DNA of 53,046 nt from a virus. Its lineage: Duplodnaviria > Caudoviricetes. Shown piece by piece: positions 9,281-18,196 of this stretch. A program made the translations under genes and the position numbers. A model generated the notes under the pieces. It searched no databases. It saw nothing but the letters and a program-made list of their open reading frames with translations, and had not been told where the DNA came from. Position 1 is the stretch's first letter, and every line of letters starts with the position of its first letter. The stretch lies in IMG/VR virus record IMGVR_UViG_3300032117_001271, positions 1 through 53,046 of that record. The stretch is one strand, 5' to 3'.

Positions 9281-9775
9281 TTATAGTGCTGGTTGTGGGC
9301 TTGCTGGGAATACTTTGTGCCCTGTACTACTAAAAGTTGGTGCTGGTACCGAACTAGTTGGTGCAGTTACAGCAGGAGCAGGTGTTGCTACTGGTGTTGG
9401 AGTTACTACAGGAGCAGGAGTTGCTACTGGAGTTATTGGTGCAGGTGGAGTATATGTTGTTCCAGCATTAGTTGGCATACTTAACCCGCCATTGTTAGCG
9501 CCATTTAATTTTTCTTGTGTACGTCCGTATGCACTTACACCAATAATTGCACCCATCGCAACGTGGAATAAACCGGCACCTTGAAGTGTTAACGGTTGCC
9601 ACTGACTATTAACTTGTCCATGCGACATCGCTTGTAACAAACTCCATAGGATTGGAAATCCTACAAAGTCCATAGTACAGACTAGCATATACATCCAGCC
9701 CATCATCGGACGCCATTTACTGTTCATCCAATCTTCTTTTTTCTTTTCGCTTTGACTCATGTGTTCTTCTGACAT
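9281..9775 (-). CDS. Holin (3TM, gene-transfer-agent-type family)
   Basis: W..KWRPMMGW motif, hydrophobic segments, G..AYGRTQEK and a Pro/Thr-rich tail; sits next to the spanins and endolysin. Confidence 0.8.
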   Translation of the reverse strand: MSEEHMSQSEKKKEDWMNSKWRPMMGWMYMLVCTMDFVGFPILWSLLQAMSHGQVNSQWQPLTLQGAGLFHVAMGAIIGVSAYGRTQEKLNGANNGGLSMPTNAGTTYTPPAPITPVATPAPVVTPTPVATPAPAVTAPTSSVPAPTFSSTGHKVFPASPQPAL

Positions 9776-9801
9776 GCTCGCTCCTAATTTTATACTACTA
9801 T

Positions 9802-10071
9802 TTATTTGACGCTATCAAATATCTTTTGTTGGGTACTATACCACTCGATCCATGCATCTATTTTAACTCTGCACTCATTGTAACTTCCATAGTTTTCACT
9901 AATTACTTCAACTGCTTCGCTCAATTTGGTAGTTCCAGGCGGAATTAATTTTATTTCTGGACAATTTTGTTTCATATCTTCTGGTACGTCTGGAAAATGA
10001 CGTTGTACAGGAACGGCCGTACTGCATCCTGCAAGTATAACAATAGACAAAATAATTAATAAACGCTTCAT
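9802..10071 (-). CDS. Putative o-spanin (lipoprotein)
   Basis: Lipobox LAG/C, Pro-rich mature N-terminus and two further Cys; overlaps the i-spanin end. Confidence 0.75.
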   Translation of the reverse strand: MKRLLIILSIVILAGCSTAVPVQRHFPDVPEDMKQNCPEIKLIPPGTTKLSEAVEVISENYGSYNECRVKIDAWIEWYSTQQKIFDSVK

Positions 10072-10541
10072 TTTACATCGCCTATTTTGTTTGATGCGGC
10101 TTCGTTGAGATCTTTAACTGCTTCTGGTGCAAGTTTACATTCTGCATCTATTACTGAAGCATCATGTACAATATGTTCTTTAACAACAACTTGCACATCA
10201 TGGATCACTTTAGTTTTTCCTTTTAATGCATTGTTTAATTGTTCGTTAGCATCTTTACTTTTTTGTTCAGACACGGCTACTTTAGATTCAAGATCAGCCG
10301 CTTTCGCTTTCCATGCCATTTCGACATCATACCCGCCACGTAACCATACGCCTAAAATTACTAATGCAATTCCAATAGGTTTTAATATTCCTGCGTATTT
10401 GCCGTAGAATGGAATTAGTCTTCCAACCCAACTTGCAATCATACCTGTAAGACCTACGGCAATTATAGCCCAGTAGATCCAATTTAAAATCGCATCAGGA
10501 ATAAGACTTAACATCCATTGAAATTGCCACATATTAAGCAC
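10068..10541 (-). CDS. Putative i-spanin (membrane protein with periplasmic coiled coil)
   Basis: N-terminal TM segments, then a coiled coil and a C-terminal Cys; lies between the endolysin and the lipoprotein. Confidence 0.7.
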   Translation of the reverse strand: MLNMWQFQWMLSLIPDAILNWIYWAIIAVGLTGMIASWVGRLIPFYGKYAGILKPIGIALVILGVWLRGGYDVEMAWKAKAADLESKVAVSEQKSKDANEQLNNALKGKTKVIHDVQVVVKEHIVHDASVIDAECKLAPEAVKDLNEAASNKIGDVK

Positions 10542-11166
10542 CTAGTACTTGTAATGCATGTTGTGTATGATTTGTACGTTCTGCTAGACCCAATGTACCA
10601 CCATTAATTTTTTTAGTTAATGCTAGTGTATCATTTGCATCTGCAAGTGCATTTAGGTTGTTAGCTTCCCAGAACCAGCAAGCTGATTGAATAGCACCTT
10701 CAAAAGTGCTTAAAAATTCTGGAACTTGATCTAGCGGTGTATCGATACTTTCGGCAAAACGACTATAATTGTCCTTACCAGTAATCTGAATTAGACCGCG
10801 ACCACAAAACTTCCAACCATCGCCTGACTCTTCAGGACCATTGCCCATACGATTAGCGTATGCTCTGTTAGCAATCTTTTCTGGTTGATGGCCATACTGG
10901 TTAGCTATTTCCATTGTTGGGAAATAGTGAGGCCATACTTTCATTAATGTTTCTGGACGATAGTTTAAATTCTCTTGAATTGCAGTATAGCCCGCTGATT
11001 CAACCATTGTTTGTCCTAAGAAATGTGCTACACGCATCTTGCTTGTAATATCATAATCAGGCAATACTTTGCATAACGCTTCGTGCCAATGATCAGCATA
11101 GGGGTTACGCAATACAATTTCTGAAAATTGTTGTAGTGTAAAATCGAAATCAAATGAATCTGCCAT
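10534..11166 (-). CDS. Glycoside hydrolase family 19 endolysin (likely start MADSF at 11166)
   Basis: AHFLGQTMVES, ENLNY, IANRAYANRMGNG, GRGLIQITGKDNY and TKKINGG motifs. Confidence 0.92.
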   Translation of the reverse strand: MADSFDFDFTLQQFSEIVLRNPYADHWHEALCKVLPDYDITSKMRVAHFLGQTMVESAGYTAIQENLNYRPETLMKVWPHYFPTMEIANQYGHQPEKIANRAYANRMGNGPEESGDGWKFCGRGLIQITGKDNYSRFAESIDTPLDQVPEFLSTFEGAIQSACWFWEANNLNALADANDTLALTKKINGGTLGLAERTNHTQHALQVLGA

Positions 11167-11897
11167 TATTTCCTCTCTAGTGCAACAGCCCAATCGCCGT
11201 TTTCAAATATAAATGTATCTTTGACTTTAACTATGTTATAGTTTCCGATAACTTTTGTTAAGAACATGACTTCTGCCATGTCCTTGCTTTCTAATAAAAC
11301 TGGACCTTTAATTGTGCTATGTATTACTGCTTTAGGTCCGCTTTCTAATATGTTAAATGTTACTTCACCGCTGAATTTTCTTTTAAATGTAATGCTTTCA
11401 TCAAGAACAACAATACTATCTGCAAAACTACGTTTAAAGAATTCGCTAAAATTATTTAAAGGATGTTCTTGGCTTGCTACTTTATAAGAATTTTTATCTT
11501 TAGGAACAGCCGCACTTAAATTTTCAAGGGTAGCTGGTTCGCTTTTAAAGTTTTTAAAATAGCGAAAGCGCATGTCTTCCATGCCTGTTAGTTTTTTAAC
11601 ACCTTCAATTAATTCAAAAATCTGTTTACCAATGTGACGAGTTCTTTCAAGTTCGACATAAACACGATATTTGCCGTCATCCAACTCACCAGGAGTTACA
11701 TCTGAATCTAAAACAAATGGGTAACCCATTTCAAAGAAATTTTCTAAATCTTTGGCAGGTTCTTCTGTGTCAACAGTGAAACTTAAAACACAAATGTCTT
11801 CGTCTTCACCAATTTTACTTTTGTAGGCATCGATGTCAAAAACTTTTTTAACTAAGTTTCTTAAATCACCTGCTCTTAAATTTTCATCTAACTTCAT
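11166..11897 (-). CDS. Hypothetical protein
   Basis: 243-aa ORF coupled to both neighbours. Confidence 0.75.
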   Translation of the reverse strand: MKLDENLRAGDLRNLVKKVFDIDAYKSKIGEDEDICVLSFTVDTEEPAKDLENFFEMGYPFVLDSDVTPGELDDGKYRVYVELERTRHIGKQIFELIEGVKKLTGMEDMRFRYFKNFKSEPATLENLSAAVPKDKNSYKVASQEHPLNNFSEFFKRSFADSIVVLDESITFKRKFSGEVTFNILESGPKAVIHSTIKGPVLLESKDMAEVMFLTKVIGNYNIVKVKDTFIFENGDWAVALERK

Positions 11898-12505
11898 GCC
11901 ACTGCTCCGCCTGGTGCTCCACCTGGAGTTGTTCCGCCTGGTGCTCCACCTGCTGGTGCTCCGCCTGGTGCAGGTGCTCCAGCAGGTGCTGGCGCTGGTG
12001 CTGGAGCCGGTGCTTGTTGTGTTTGAGCGGACTGATGACCTTTATCGTTAGTCAACATCTTGTCATCGCTCTTACCTTTCATCTTATGCATATAACCTTG
12101 ATAAATTTCAAATGCAATATGTTTAGGCATTTGTACTTCAACAATCCAAATAGGCTTGCGATCTAATTTACCCTTCTTACTATTAGGACGTAAATCTTGT
12201 GGGCTCTTAATTTTACGTGGTTCTAACAAATGGCTTTTTTGATATGTTACTTTGCAACCTAATTCCATTAAACGCTTACCTGCAACAGGATTAGGCATCT
12301 TATCTTTAGGCCACATAAAGCCAGCTGTGATCCAATGACGGTCTACTTTAGGGCCATATGCTAATTCACCATCGATCCAGTTTTCATATACGTATACGTC
12401 CATCTCTTCGAAAACACGTTCAAAGTCCTTTAAAACCGCAAGGCTACTGTTGTTTTCGTATAGTTCTTGTATGTTTTTAATAACATCTAATATGTCGTGG
12501 TGCAT
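11894..12505 (-). CDS. Hypothetical protein with a Pro/Ala/Gly low-complexity tail
   Basis: 203-aa ORF with TAAATA at 12532-12537 upstream. Confidence 0.75.
   Translation of the reverse strand: MHHDILDVIKNIQELYENNSSLAVLKDFERVFEEMDVYVYENWIDGELAYGPKVDRHWITAGFMWPKDKMPNPVAGKRLMELGCKVTYQKSHLLEPRKIKSPQDLRPNSKKGKLDRKPIWIVEVQMPKHIAFEIYQGYMHKMKGKSDDKMLTNDKGHQSAQTQQAPAPAPAPAPAGAPAPGGAPAGGAPGGTTPGGAPGGAVA
11897..12015 (-). repeat. Imperfect GC-rich coding tandem repeat (AP/GGAP units)
   Basis: Recurrent ggtgctcc(a/g)cct units encode APAPAPAGAPAPGGAPAGGAPGG. Confidence 0.75.
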
Positions 12506-12584
12506 TTGTCAATCCTAGAGTCTTCTACACTTATTTAGCTGGTTTGAAATCATACAGTATCAGTTTATTATTTTAGGAATACGT

Positions 12585-12668
12585 TAAATAATAGTGTAGG
12601 ACCTCTGTAGTTATCAAAGGCGGTCACTACAAGTCCTACTTTTACAGTAAGAGTAGGAGCACAACTAG
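12585..12668 (+). promoter_or_regulatory. TAAATA promoter and structured phoH leader with mutually exclusive hairpins
   Basis: GTAGGAC 12596-12602 pairs with GTCCTAC 12633-12639. Alternatively TCCTACTTTTA 12634-12644 pairs with TAAGAGTAGGA 12648-12658, covering the SD. Confidence 0.6.
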
Positions 12669-13388
12669 ATGAGTAAACAACGAGTGAAAAAGCGTTTTAC
12701 ATCAGAAGTTAACATTGTCGATTTTCCGCAATACCTTCCCCAAAAGAAGCATCGCGTGAGTTTACACCCACGAAATGCTAATCAAGCAACTTATATCCAG
12801 AAACTACAAGACGATAGTAAAAGCATAGTTTTTGCTATTGGTCCAGCCGGCACGGGTAAAACCATGCTAGCAGTTCAGCACGGTATTAAGATGTACCAAG
12901 ATGGTATCGTTGACAAAATCGTCGTGACAAGACCCGCCGTTTCCGTAGATGAAGATTTAGGATTTTTACCAGGTGACTTAAATGAAAAGATGGCACCATG
13001 GACAAGACCTATATTTGACGTCTTCTTGGATTATTATCAACAAAAAGACATTAACAAAATGCTGGAGGATGGAGTTATTGAGATAAGCCCACTTGCGTAC
13101 ATGCGTGGACGCACATTCAAAAACGCATACATCGTAGCAGATGAAATGCAAAATGCCACAGTAAATCAAATGAAGATGCTACTGACCCGTTTAGGAGAAG
13201 GGTCTAAGATGGTAGTGACAGGCGATTTAGCTCAAGCTGATAGATTAAAAGATAATGGCTTGATTGATTTTTGTAAATTATTAGATGGACATCCTGTACT
13301 AAAACATCTTGACATAGTACAATTTGATGCCAAGGACATTGAACGCCATAACGCAGTGAAGGAGGTGTTAGCTGTGTATGGAGATTGA
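12669..13388 (+). CDS. phoH: PhoH-family ATPase
   Basis: GPAGTGKT, TRPAV, LGFLPG, YMRGRTF, DEMQN and TGDLAQ.D motifs. Confidence 0.96.
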   Translation: MSKQRVKKRFTSEVNIVDFPQYLPQKKHRVSLHPRNANQATYIQKLQDDSKSIVFAIGPAGTGKTMLAVQHGIKMYQDGIVDKIVVTRPAVSVDEDLGFLPGDLNEKMAPWTRPIFDVFLDYYQQKDINKMLEDGVIEISPLAYMRGRTFKNAYIVADEMQNATVNQMKMLLTRLGEGSKMVVTGDLAQADRLKDNGLIDFCKLLDGHPVLKHLDIVQFDAKDIERHNAVKEVLAVYGD

Positions 13389-13409
13389 TAGTTAACTATC
13401 CAGTCCAGT

Positions 13410-13434
13410 AAAAACCGCCTCAAGGGGCGGTTTT
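13410..13434. terminator. Bidirectional intrinsic terminator between convergent genes
   Basis: AAAAACCGCCTCAAGGGGCGGTTTT: a GC-rich stem flanked by A and T tracts. Confidence 0.85.
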
Positions 13435-14105
13435 CATTTTGAGTAATGAGAAAATTGTAAGTAAGGACCAAACCCTGCTGTATCAATCCTAATTTCTAAT
13501 CTACGTTTTGCTATACAAATATAAGTACGACCAAATGTTGGATCTATCATAGGAATAGATACACTACGTCCGGCATGCTGTGTCATTTCTGATAAGAATT
13601 GTGCTTCGTCTAATGGATTAGTTTCTGCTTTTAATAAACCATAATGAACTCCAAGATCATCTTTAGTTCGGACAACAACTAGCAAGTGTAAATTTTTTGT
13701 ATCTTTATGTTTACCTTCTAGTGGATCGACAAAAATCTTTTTAAGAGTAACCCAATCTCTATTAGCCCATGCAGTACTATATCCGTCTGCACCTTTTGCT
13801 AAATTTTGTAAAAAACTTGCCTCTGTAGTTTCCTTACCTAATTTAGAACAACTCAGCCCTTTAACATCCAAGTCTGCCGTGGGTGCCTTAACATCGACAA
13901 CACTATTACCAGAACCTTTCCAATCGGCTCCCGGAATACTATCTGCAACACCATACTCCCAAGTTTCTTTAGCTAGCTGTATTTTACGGTTCTTTTTGAT
14001 GAAAGGAGCATAATACTCCTTCATCTCTATTTCAAAATTTGAATTAAAATCTTTGCCTAATATCGAATCGTGATCCGTAATAGGTACAGGGTAATACTTG
14101 ATCAT
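13434..14105 (-). CDS. Hypothetical protein, possibly a PD-(D/E)XK nuclease
   Basis: 223 aa; ETWE...VVDV...DLDVK spacing resembles the E..D..(D/E)xK catalytic pattern. Confidence 0.45.
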   Translation of the reverse strand: MIKYYPVPITDHDSILGKDFNSNFEIEMKEYYAPFIKKNRKIQLAKETWEYGVADSIPGADWKGSGNSVVDVKAPTADLDVKGLSCSKLGKETTEASFLQNLAKGADGYSTAWANRDWVTLKKIFVDPLEGKHKDTKNLHLLVVVRTKDDLGVHYGLLKAETNPLDEAQFLSEMTQHAGRSVSIPMIDPTFGRTYICIAKRRLEIRIDTAGFGPYLQFSHYSK

Positions 14106-15019
14106 TACAGATGACTTAATCTAACTAGTGTAGCGGCTAGGTTAATTTCTGGATCAATACATAATGTATGATCAGTTGCTCCAGCTTTGATATGCAATAT
14201 GGCTTTTTCTTGTGTAGCATCGTCACCAAAGATTTCGATGTTGTCATACAACCAGCGATAAATTTCTTCCATTTCTTCTGGACGCACTTGACCACAAATT
14301 AGTTTTCTCGCTTCGCTAATCTTGCCTGCCTTAAACAATTCAACCATTTGAATCTTATAATCAGCTTGTCCAGTGTCTCCTTTTTCAGGACTGTGCAATT
14401 TACCATCCATACTATTCATCTGTACGGTATTGATACATTTACGCAAGTCTGGATAAGTTCCTTTGACAAAAGAATCTAGTGTATCTAAATCGAAATCAAT
14501 ATTTTCTTCTACTAGGATAGTAGCAACACGAGCAGTAAACTCTGTAATGTCCACCCTTTCAATATGAAATCCTTGACATCTACTATGTAAGGCAGGAATA
14601 ATACGATTAGGATAGTTGCAAGTAAGAATAAAACGTGCAGTAGTGTGATACTCTTCCATAACTCCACGCAATGCCGCTTGAGCATTTGGAGACAAATAAT
14701 CTGCTTCATCTAGTAAGACAATCTTAAAATCACCAAACGGAATCATTTGGACAAAGTTTACAATTTTATCACGCACATCTTCAACTGAGTTAGTACGACT
14801 TGCGTTAATTTCTAAAATATCTAAATCGTTAATTTCTAATTCATTAAAGAGAATCTTAGCCAAGGTAGTTTTACCAATACCTGCATTACCGCTTAACAAT
14901 AAATGCGGAATGCTTTTATCTTTAATCCACTTTTCAATTTGTTCTTTTTGATGTGCATCTCTAAAAACATAACCGTCTATTGTTTTAGGACGATATTTTT
15001 CTACCCATAATTCTTTCAT
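14105..15019 (-). CDS. Sliding-clamp loader AAA+ subunit (RFC small/T4 gp44-like)
   Basis: LWVEKYRP, GNAGIGKT, EINAS, LLDEAD and SRC motifs. Confidence 0.95.
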   Translation of the reverse strand: MKELWVEKYRPKTIDGYVFRDAHQKEQIEKWIKDKSIPHLLLSGNAGIGKTTLAKILFNELEINDLDILEINASRTNSVEDVRDKIVNFVQMIPFGDFKIVLLDEADYLSPNAQAALRGVMEEYHTTARFILTCNYPNRIIPALHSRCQGFHIERVDITEFTARVATILVEENIDFDLDTLDSFVKGTYPDLRKCINTVQMNSMDGKLHSPEKGDTGQADYKIQMVELFKAGKISEARKLICGQVRPEEMEEIYRWLYDNIEIFGDDATQEKAILHIKAGATDHTLCIDPEINLAATLVRLSHL

Positions 15020-15039
15020 AAGATTCCTTAGTTTTCTTT

Positions 15040-15068
15040 ATTGTACAGGTGAAAACAGGACTAGTCAA
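15040..15068 (-). promoter_or_regulatory. sigma70 promoter for the clamp loader
   Basis: TTGACT (15068-15063), 17-nt spacer, TACAAT (15045-15040). Confidence 0.75.
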
Positions 15069-15076
15069 TAGTCCTG
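15052..15076 (-). terminator. Intrinsic terminator after groES
   Basis: CAGGACTA-TTGAC-TAGTCCTG followed by TTTT (perfect 8-bp stem). Confidence 0.75.
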
Positions 15077-15096
15077 TAATAGTTTGGTGAATTTAA

Positions 15097-15534
15097 TTAA
15101 AACTGCGGACCGGAGAACTGTGCAGGATCCCATTCTTGGTGTTGAACTTTTGAATGAGCACCATATGTATTCATATAGTTCTCGCCGGGCTTTTCATCGC
15201 TAACCATTAGAATGGCATTGATATCTGCACGACGAACAGTAATTTCTGAACCATCTTCTTCAACTACAGTAATACCACGTGTCCAACGACCGTGTTCTAG
15301 TAAGATCCAATCGCCGACTTTAACATCTTTTTGTTCAGGACCGATTGCATAAACACGACCCCAACGATGGCGAACACCTTCGCTCTTACCATCATCGCTT
15401 GGTAATACAAACATACCAAGTTTTCTTTCACCGAATTCCATATCGGTAATAAGAACGTTGTCACGGATTGGGATTAGTTTGCCTGTTACTTTAGGCTTGA
15501 TGCCTTCCCAACCTACACCTTTTGATTCAGCCAT
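15097..15534 (-). CDS. groES: GroES-like co-chaperonin
   Basis: LIPIRDNVLI, GRVYAIGP, DVKVGDWIL and AILMV motifs, with N- and C-terminal extensions. Confidence 0.85.
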   Translation of the reverse strand: MAESKGVGWEGIKPKVTGKLIPIRDNVLITDMEFGERKLGMFVLPSDDGKSEGVRHRWGRVYAIGPEQKDVKVGDWILLEHGRWTRGITVVEEDGSEITVRRADINAILMVSDEKPGENYMNTYGAHSKVQHQEWDPAQFSGPQF

Positions 15535-15824
15535 TACTCATTTCCTTCCGGATCTTGATTTGCAATATTCTTCTTTGTAGAAGCAGGTGCGGGTGTAGGT
15601 GTTGGTTCTGGACGAACGTTTACTTGGTTTGGAATGCCAGAGCCTGCGCCTTCTGCAATAATTTCTTCTCTGCGTTTGACAATTTGTCCGCCTGGGCCTA
15701 GTTTATCGCCACGGGCATTTACTTTTGCATTTCCTACAGCAACGGCCATTTCATTTTGCTTAACAAGTTTAATCATGTCGACTTCCTTGCCTCTTGCTGT
15801 TTTATAAATTTGTTTACTTGCCAT
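15534..15824 (-). CDS. Hypothetical protein
   Basis: 96-aa ORF with GAGGAG SD; contains GNAKVNARGDKLGPGG. Confidence 0.75.
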   Translation of the reverse strand: MASKQIYKTARGKEVDMIKLVKQNEMAVAVGNAKVNARGDKLGPGGQIVKRREEIIAEGAGSGIPNQVNVRPEPTPTPAPASTKKNIANQDPEGNE

Positions 15825-15850
15825 TTTAATCTCCTCGATTATAGTACTAC

Positions 15851-16360
15851 TTATCTCAGGAATTCCTGCCAGTCTAAATTATATTTGACTGAATCTATTT
15901 GATGAACACCCAATAAGAATAATACAAAGCTCGCCACACTAGATCCGCGGCCTACACCCCAAACTATACCATTTTCATTACAAGTATCTACAAAATGTTT
16001 GCACCATTGCAACAACGGAAGCATACCGCGTTCATTATAAGCCGCCATTTCGTCTCGAACACGATTACGTTGCTCGTCTGTAGTACAGCGTTGCAAGCAC
16101 CAATCTTCTACATCAAAATCTCTGTACTCGGCAGGCATAAACCAATCACTTTGAAGTGCTTGATCGAAGTCTGCAATATCGATAGATTCCAACTGCTCGT
16201 TAAATCTTTGGAAAGTAAATCCAGCAGTTTGCTCTAACTGCTCAATATCCTCAGTATAATCTACTGTAAGATCTTTGAGATTGGTTAATTTACCCTGATA
16301 GAGGGCTTTGAATATATCTAATGAATTAAAAATAGGATTACCGAATTTATCTAGGCGCAT
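15851..16360 (-). CDS. dnaE: Short DNA polymerase III alpha (DnaE)-like fragment
   Basis: RVRDEM...GIVWGVGRGSSVASFVLFLLGVHQIDSVKYNLDWQEFLR matches the DnaE GRGS..L.I..IDP..Y.L.FERFL segment. The protein stops before PDID. Confidence 0.8.
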   Translation of the reverse strand: MRLDKFGNPIFNSLDIFKALYQGKLTNLKDLTVDYTEDIEQLEQTAGFTFQRFNEQLESIDIADFDQALQSDWFMPAEYRDFDVEDWCLQRCTTDEQRNRVRDEMAAYNERGMLPLLQWCKHFVDTCNENGIVWGVGRGSSVASFVLFLLGVHQIDSVKYNLDWQEFLR

Positions 16361-16367
16361 AGCCTGT

Positions 16368-16396
16368 AGTTTACTTGACGTTGATTAGTTTGTCAA
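16368..16396 (-). promoter_or_regulatory. sigma70 promoter giving a leaderless dnaE-fragment mRNA
   Basis: TTGACA (16396-16391), 17-nt spacer, TAAACT (16373-16368), then ATG after 7 nt; no SD. Confidence 0.7.
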
Positions 16397-16601
16397 GACT
16401 TTTATCACGGTTAGCCATCATCTTTTCCAAAGCAAGACGTTGACGCTTGCGTTGTTCTTCGCGATATGTCTCCAAAACGCTAACCATTTGAGCTTGGAGA
16501 CCAGGATTCCTAGTCATAAAATATTTTTGAGTAAGATCATTGATCTTAGCATCGATTTCGGAATCCTTCATTTCCTGTAAATCATTAACTAACGGATGCA
16601 T
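16371..16601 (-). CDS. Small coiled-coil hypothetical protein (likely start MHPLV at 16601)
   Basis: TAATG coupling to the upstream gene; 76 aa. Confidence 0.65.
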   Translation of the reverse strand: MHPLVNDLQEMKDSEIDAKINDLTQKYFMTRNPGLQAQMVSVLETYREEQRKRQRLALEKMMANRDKSLDKLINVK

Positions 16602-18196
16602 TAGTATTGTCCCATGTAACGTAGATAAACATTCGCTCCGCCATTGATGGTCCACGCTTGAACCATTTGAGTTTTTAGTTGTGTACCGCTAGTTAAAATA
16701 GCAGTAGCTTGTCCAAGAGTACCACCGCCGCCTGTAACACTAACAGTCGGTGCAACAGAAGTATAGCCATCGCCTGGGTTAGTAACAGTAATTGCACCTA
16801 ATCCGCAATTTACAGCTAGCCTTGCTCCAGAACCAGCACCTGTTAATGTAATAAATGAACGTAGGCCAGACACAGGGGTTGCTAAAGTGCCTGTTGGGAA
16901 TGAACTTAGTGTTCCGATTGGTCCTGTATTGCTAGTGTATGTAACTACAATACTACCAGAACTTGTAATAGTAGCCTGGTTACTCATAATAATCGAACCT
17001 GGGAAGCCTATGTTAATTGTTGAAATAGTAGTATTTGATGGAATACCAACACCATTAATGGCCATACCAGTGACTAAGTTAGTGAAATTGTAAATATTAT
17101 TTAAAGTAGCACTAGAAGATGTGGTTGTTGCTGTGAATGTTGTTGCCAAAGTTTCAACACTAAAGATAACACTAGTATTAGAACTTAATGCAACTAAGTC
17201 ATTGAGGGCATATCCGTTACCAGCAACACCTCCAGATATTGTTCCAGCAACACTTTGACTACCTGCCGCAGTACTAGCATAGCTTACTGAGTTATATGTA
17301 CAAGCAGTAACAATAAATGTACCGTTATAGGTAGTTGGAGTAACACCTGAAACAACAATAGTTTGTCCAACAGCGTATGGTGGTACGTTAGTTGATTGAG
17401 TATTTGCAAATGTCAATGTAGCAGTAGCGCCTGTCCCGCTTGCACCGGTTGTAGCAATAGTAGGACTTAGTGTAGAAGCCGCAGTAAAAATTCCTAAGTT
17501 AGTTGCACTTGCACCAACAACTGTATATGAAGCAGTAGCAGTTGGAGCAATAGCATTAGTTAAAGGACTTCCACCACTAAAACTAATTGTAACTAAACTT
17601 GTGTAGCCTGATCCAGCATTGGATACTGCAACAGACGCCAGACTTTCACCACCAACATTGATACCCGGTGTTCCAGTACTTGGATTAATTGGAAAACTTG
17701 TATCGTAACCAATTGTACCGCCTGTGGTAGCAAAGGTTGGAGTATAAACACCTGTGCCATCGCTTTGAATTAAAATAATTGCACTACTGTAAACTGCTGG
17801 AACACCTGTGTAGTTTGGAAAACCAGTAGTAGAACCAGTAGTTGCAAATGTTAATGTTGTGTTTCCAGACAATGTAAATTTCTGAACAGCACCTTGACTT
17901 AGGTCAATGTTAACTGCACCGCTAACTCCGCTTGCAGTATACATTGTTCCTGAAAACAATTGATATAAACCATTGCTGATAGTGCTTCCAAGTAAGTTAT
18001 TAACAACCGGAGTTGATTGTGTAGCCAAATCAGCTTTTAATAACGCTACAGATTGTAGTGCAGAAATTTCTGAAGCCGCAGTTGTAAAATTGCTAGCGAT
18101 TGCACCAAAATTGGTACGAAATCCTTGGCTTGGATTATCCTGTCCTTCTACTGGAAAGTTTGCTGAAATGGTGTTTGGTGTTATTGCACTTGTCAT
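16601..18196 (-). CDS. Virion structural protein (tail fibre/baseplate-associated)
   Basis: N-terminal FPVEGQDNPSQGFRTNF; T/S/G-rich beta repeats (V.NAGSGYT, ITVTNPGDGYT). Confidence 0.7.
   Translation of the reverse strand: MTSAITPNTISANFPVEGQDNPSQGFRTNFGAIASNFTTAASEISALQSVALLKADLATQSTPVVNNLLGSTISNGLYQLFSGTMYTASGVSGAVNIDLSQGAVQKFTLSGNTTLTFATTGSTTGFPNYTGVPAVYSSAIILIQSDGTGVYTPTFATTGGTIGYDTSFPINPSTGTPGINVGGESLASVAVSNAGSGYTSLVTISFSGGSPLTNAIAPTATASYTVVGASATNLGIFTAASTLSPTIATTGASGTGATATLTFANTQSTNVPPYAVGQTIVVSGVTPTTYNGTFIVTACTYNSVSYASTAAGSQSVAGTISGGVAGNGYALNDLVALSSNTSVIFSVETLATTFTATTTSSSATLNNIYNFTNLVTGMAINGVGIPSNTTISTINIGFPGSIIMSNQATITSSGSIVVTYTSNTGPIGTLSSFPTGTLATPVSGLRSFITLTGAGSGARLAVNCGLGAITVTNPGDGYTSVAPTVSVTGGGGTLGQATAILTSGTQLKTQMVQAWTINGGANVYLRYMGQY

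Noticed and set aside
11897-12015. GC-rich tandem repeats as a possible CRISPR array or mobile element
   Set aside because: They are in-frame low-complexity coding repeats with no unique spacers and no cas genes.
13387-13400. Perfect 14-bp palindrome GATAGTTAACTATC at the phoH stop
   Set aside because: Only one copy was noticed, it is AT-rich, and the neighbouring terminator already explains the region; no function can be assigned.
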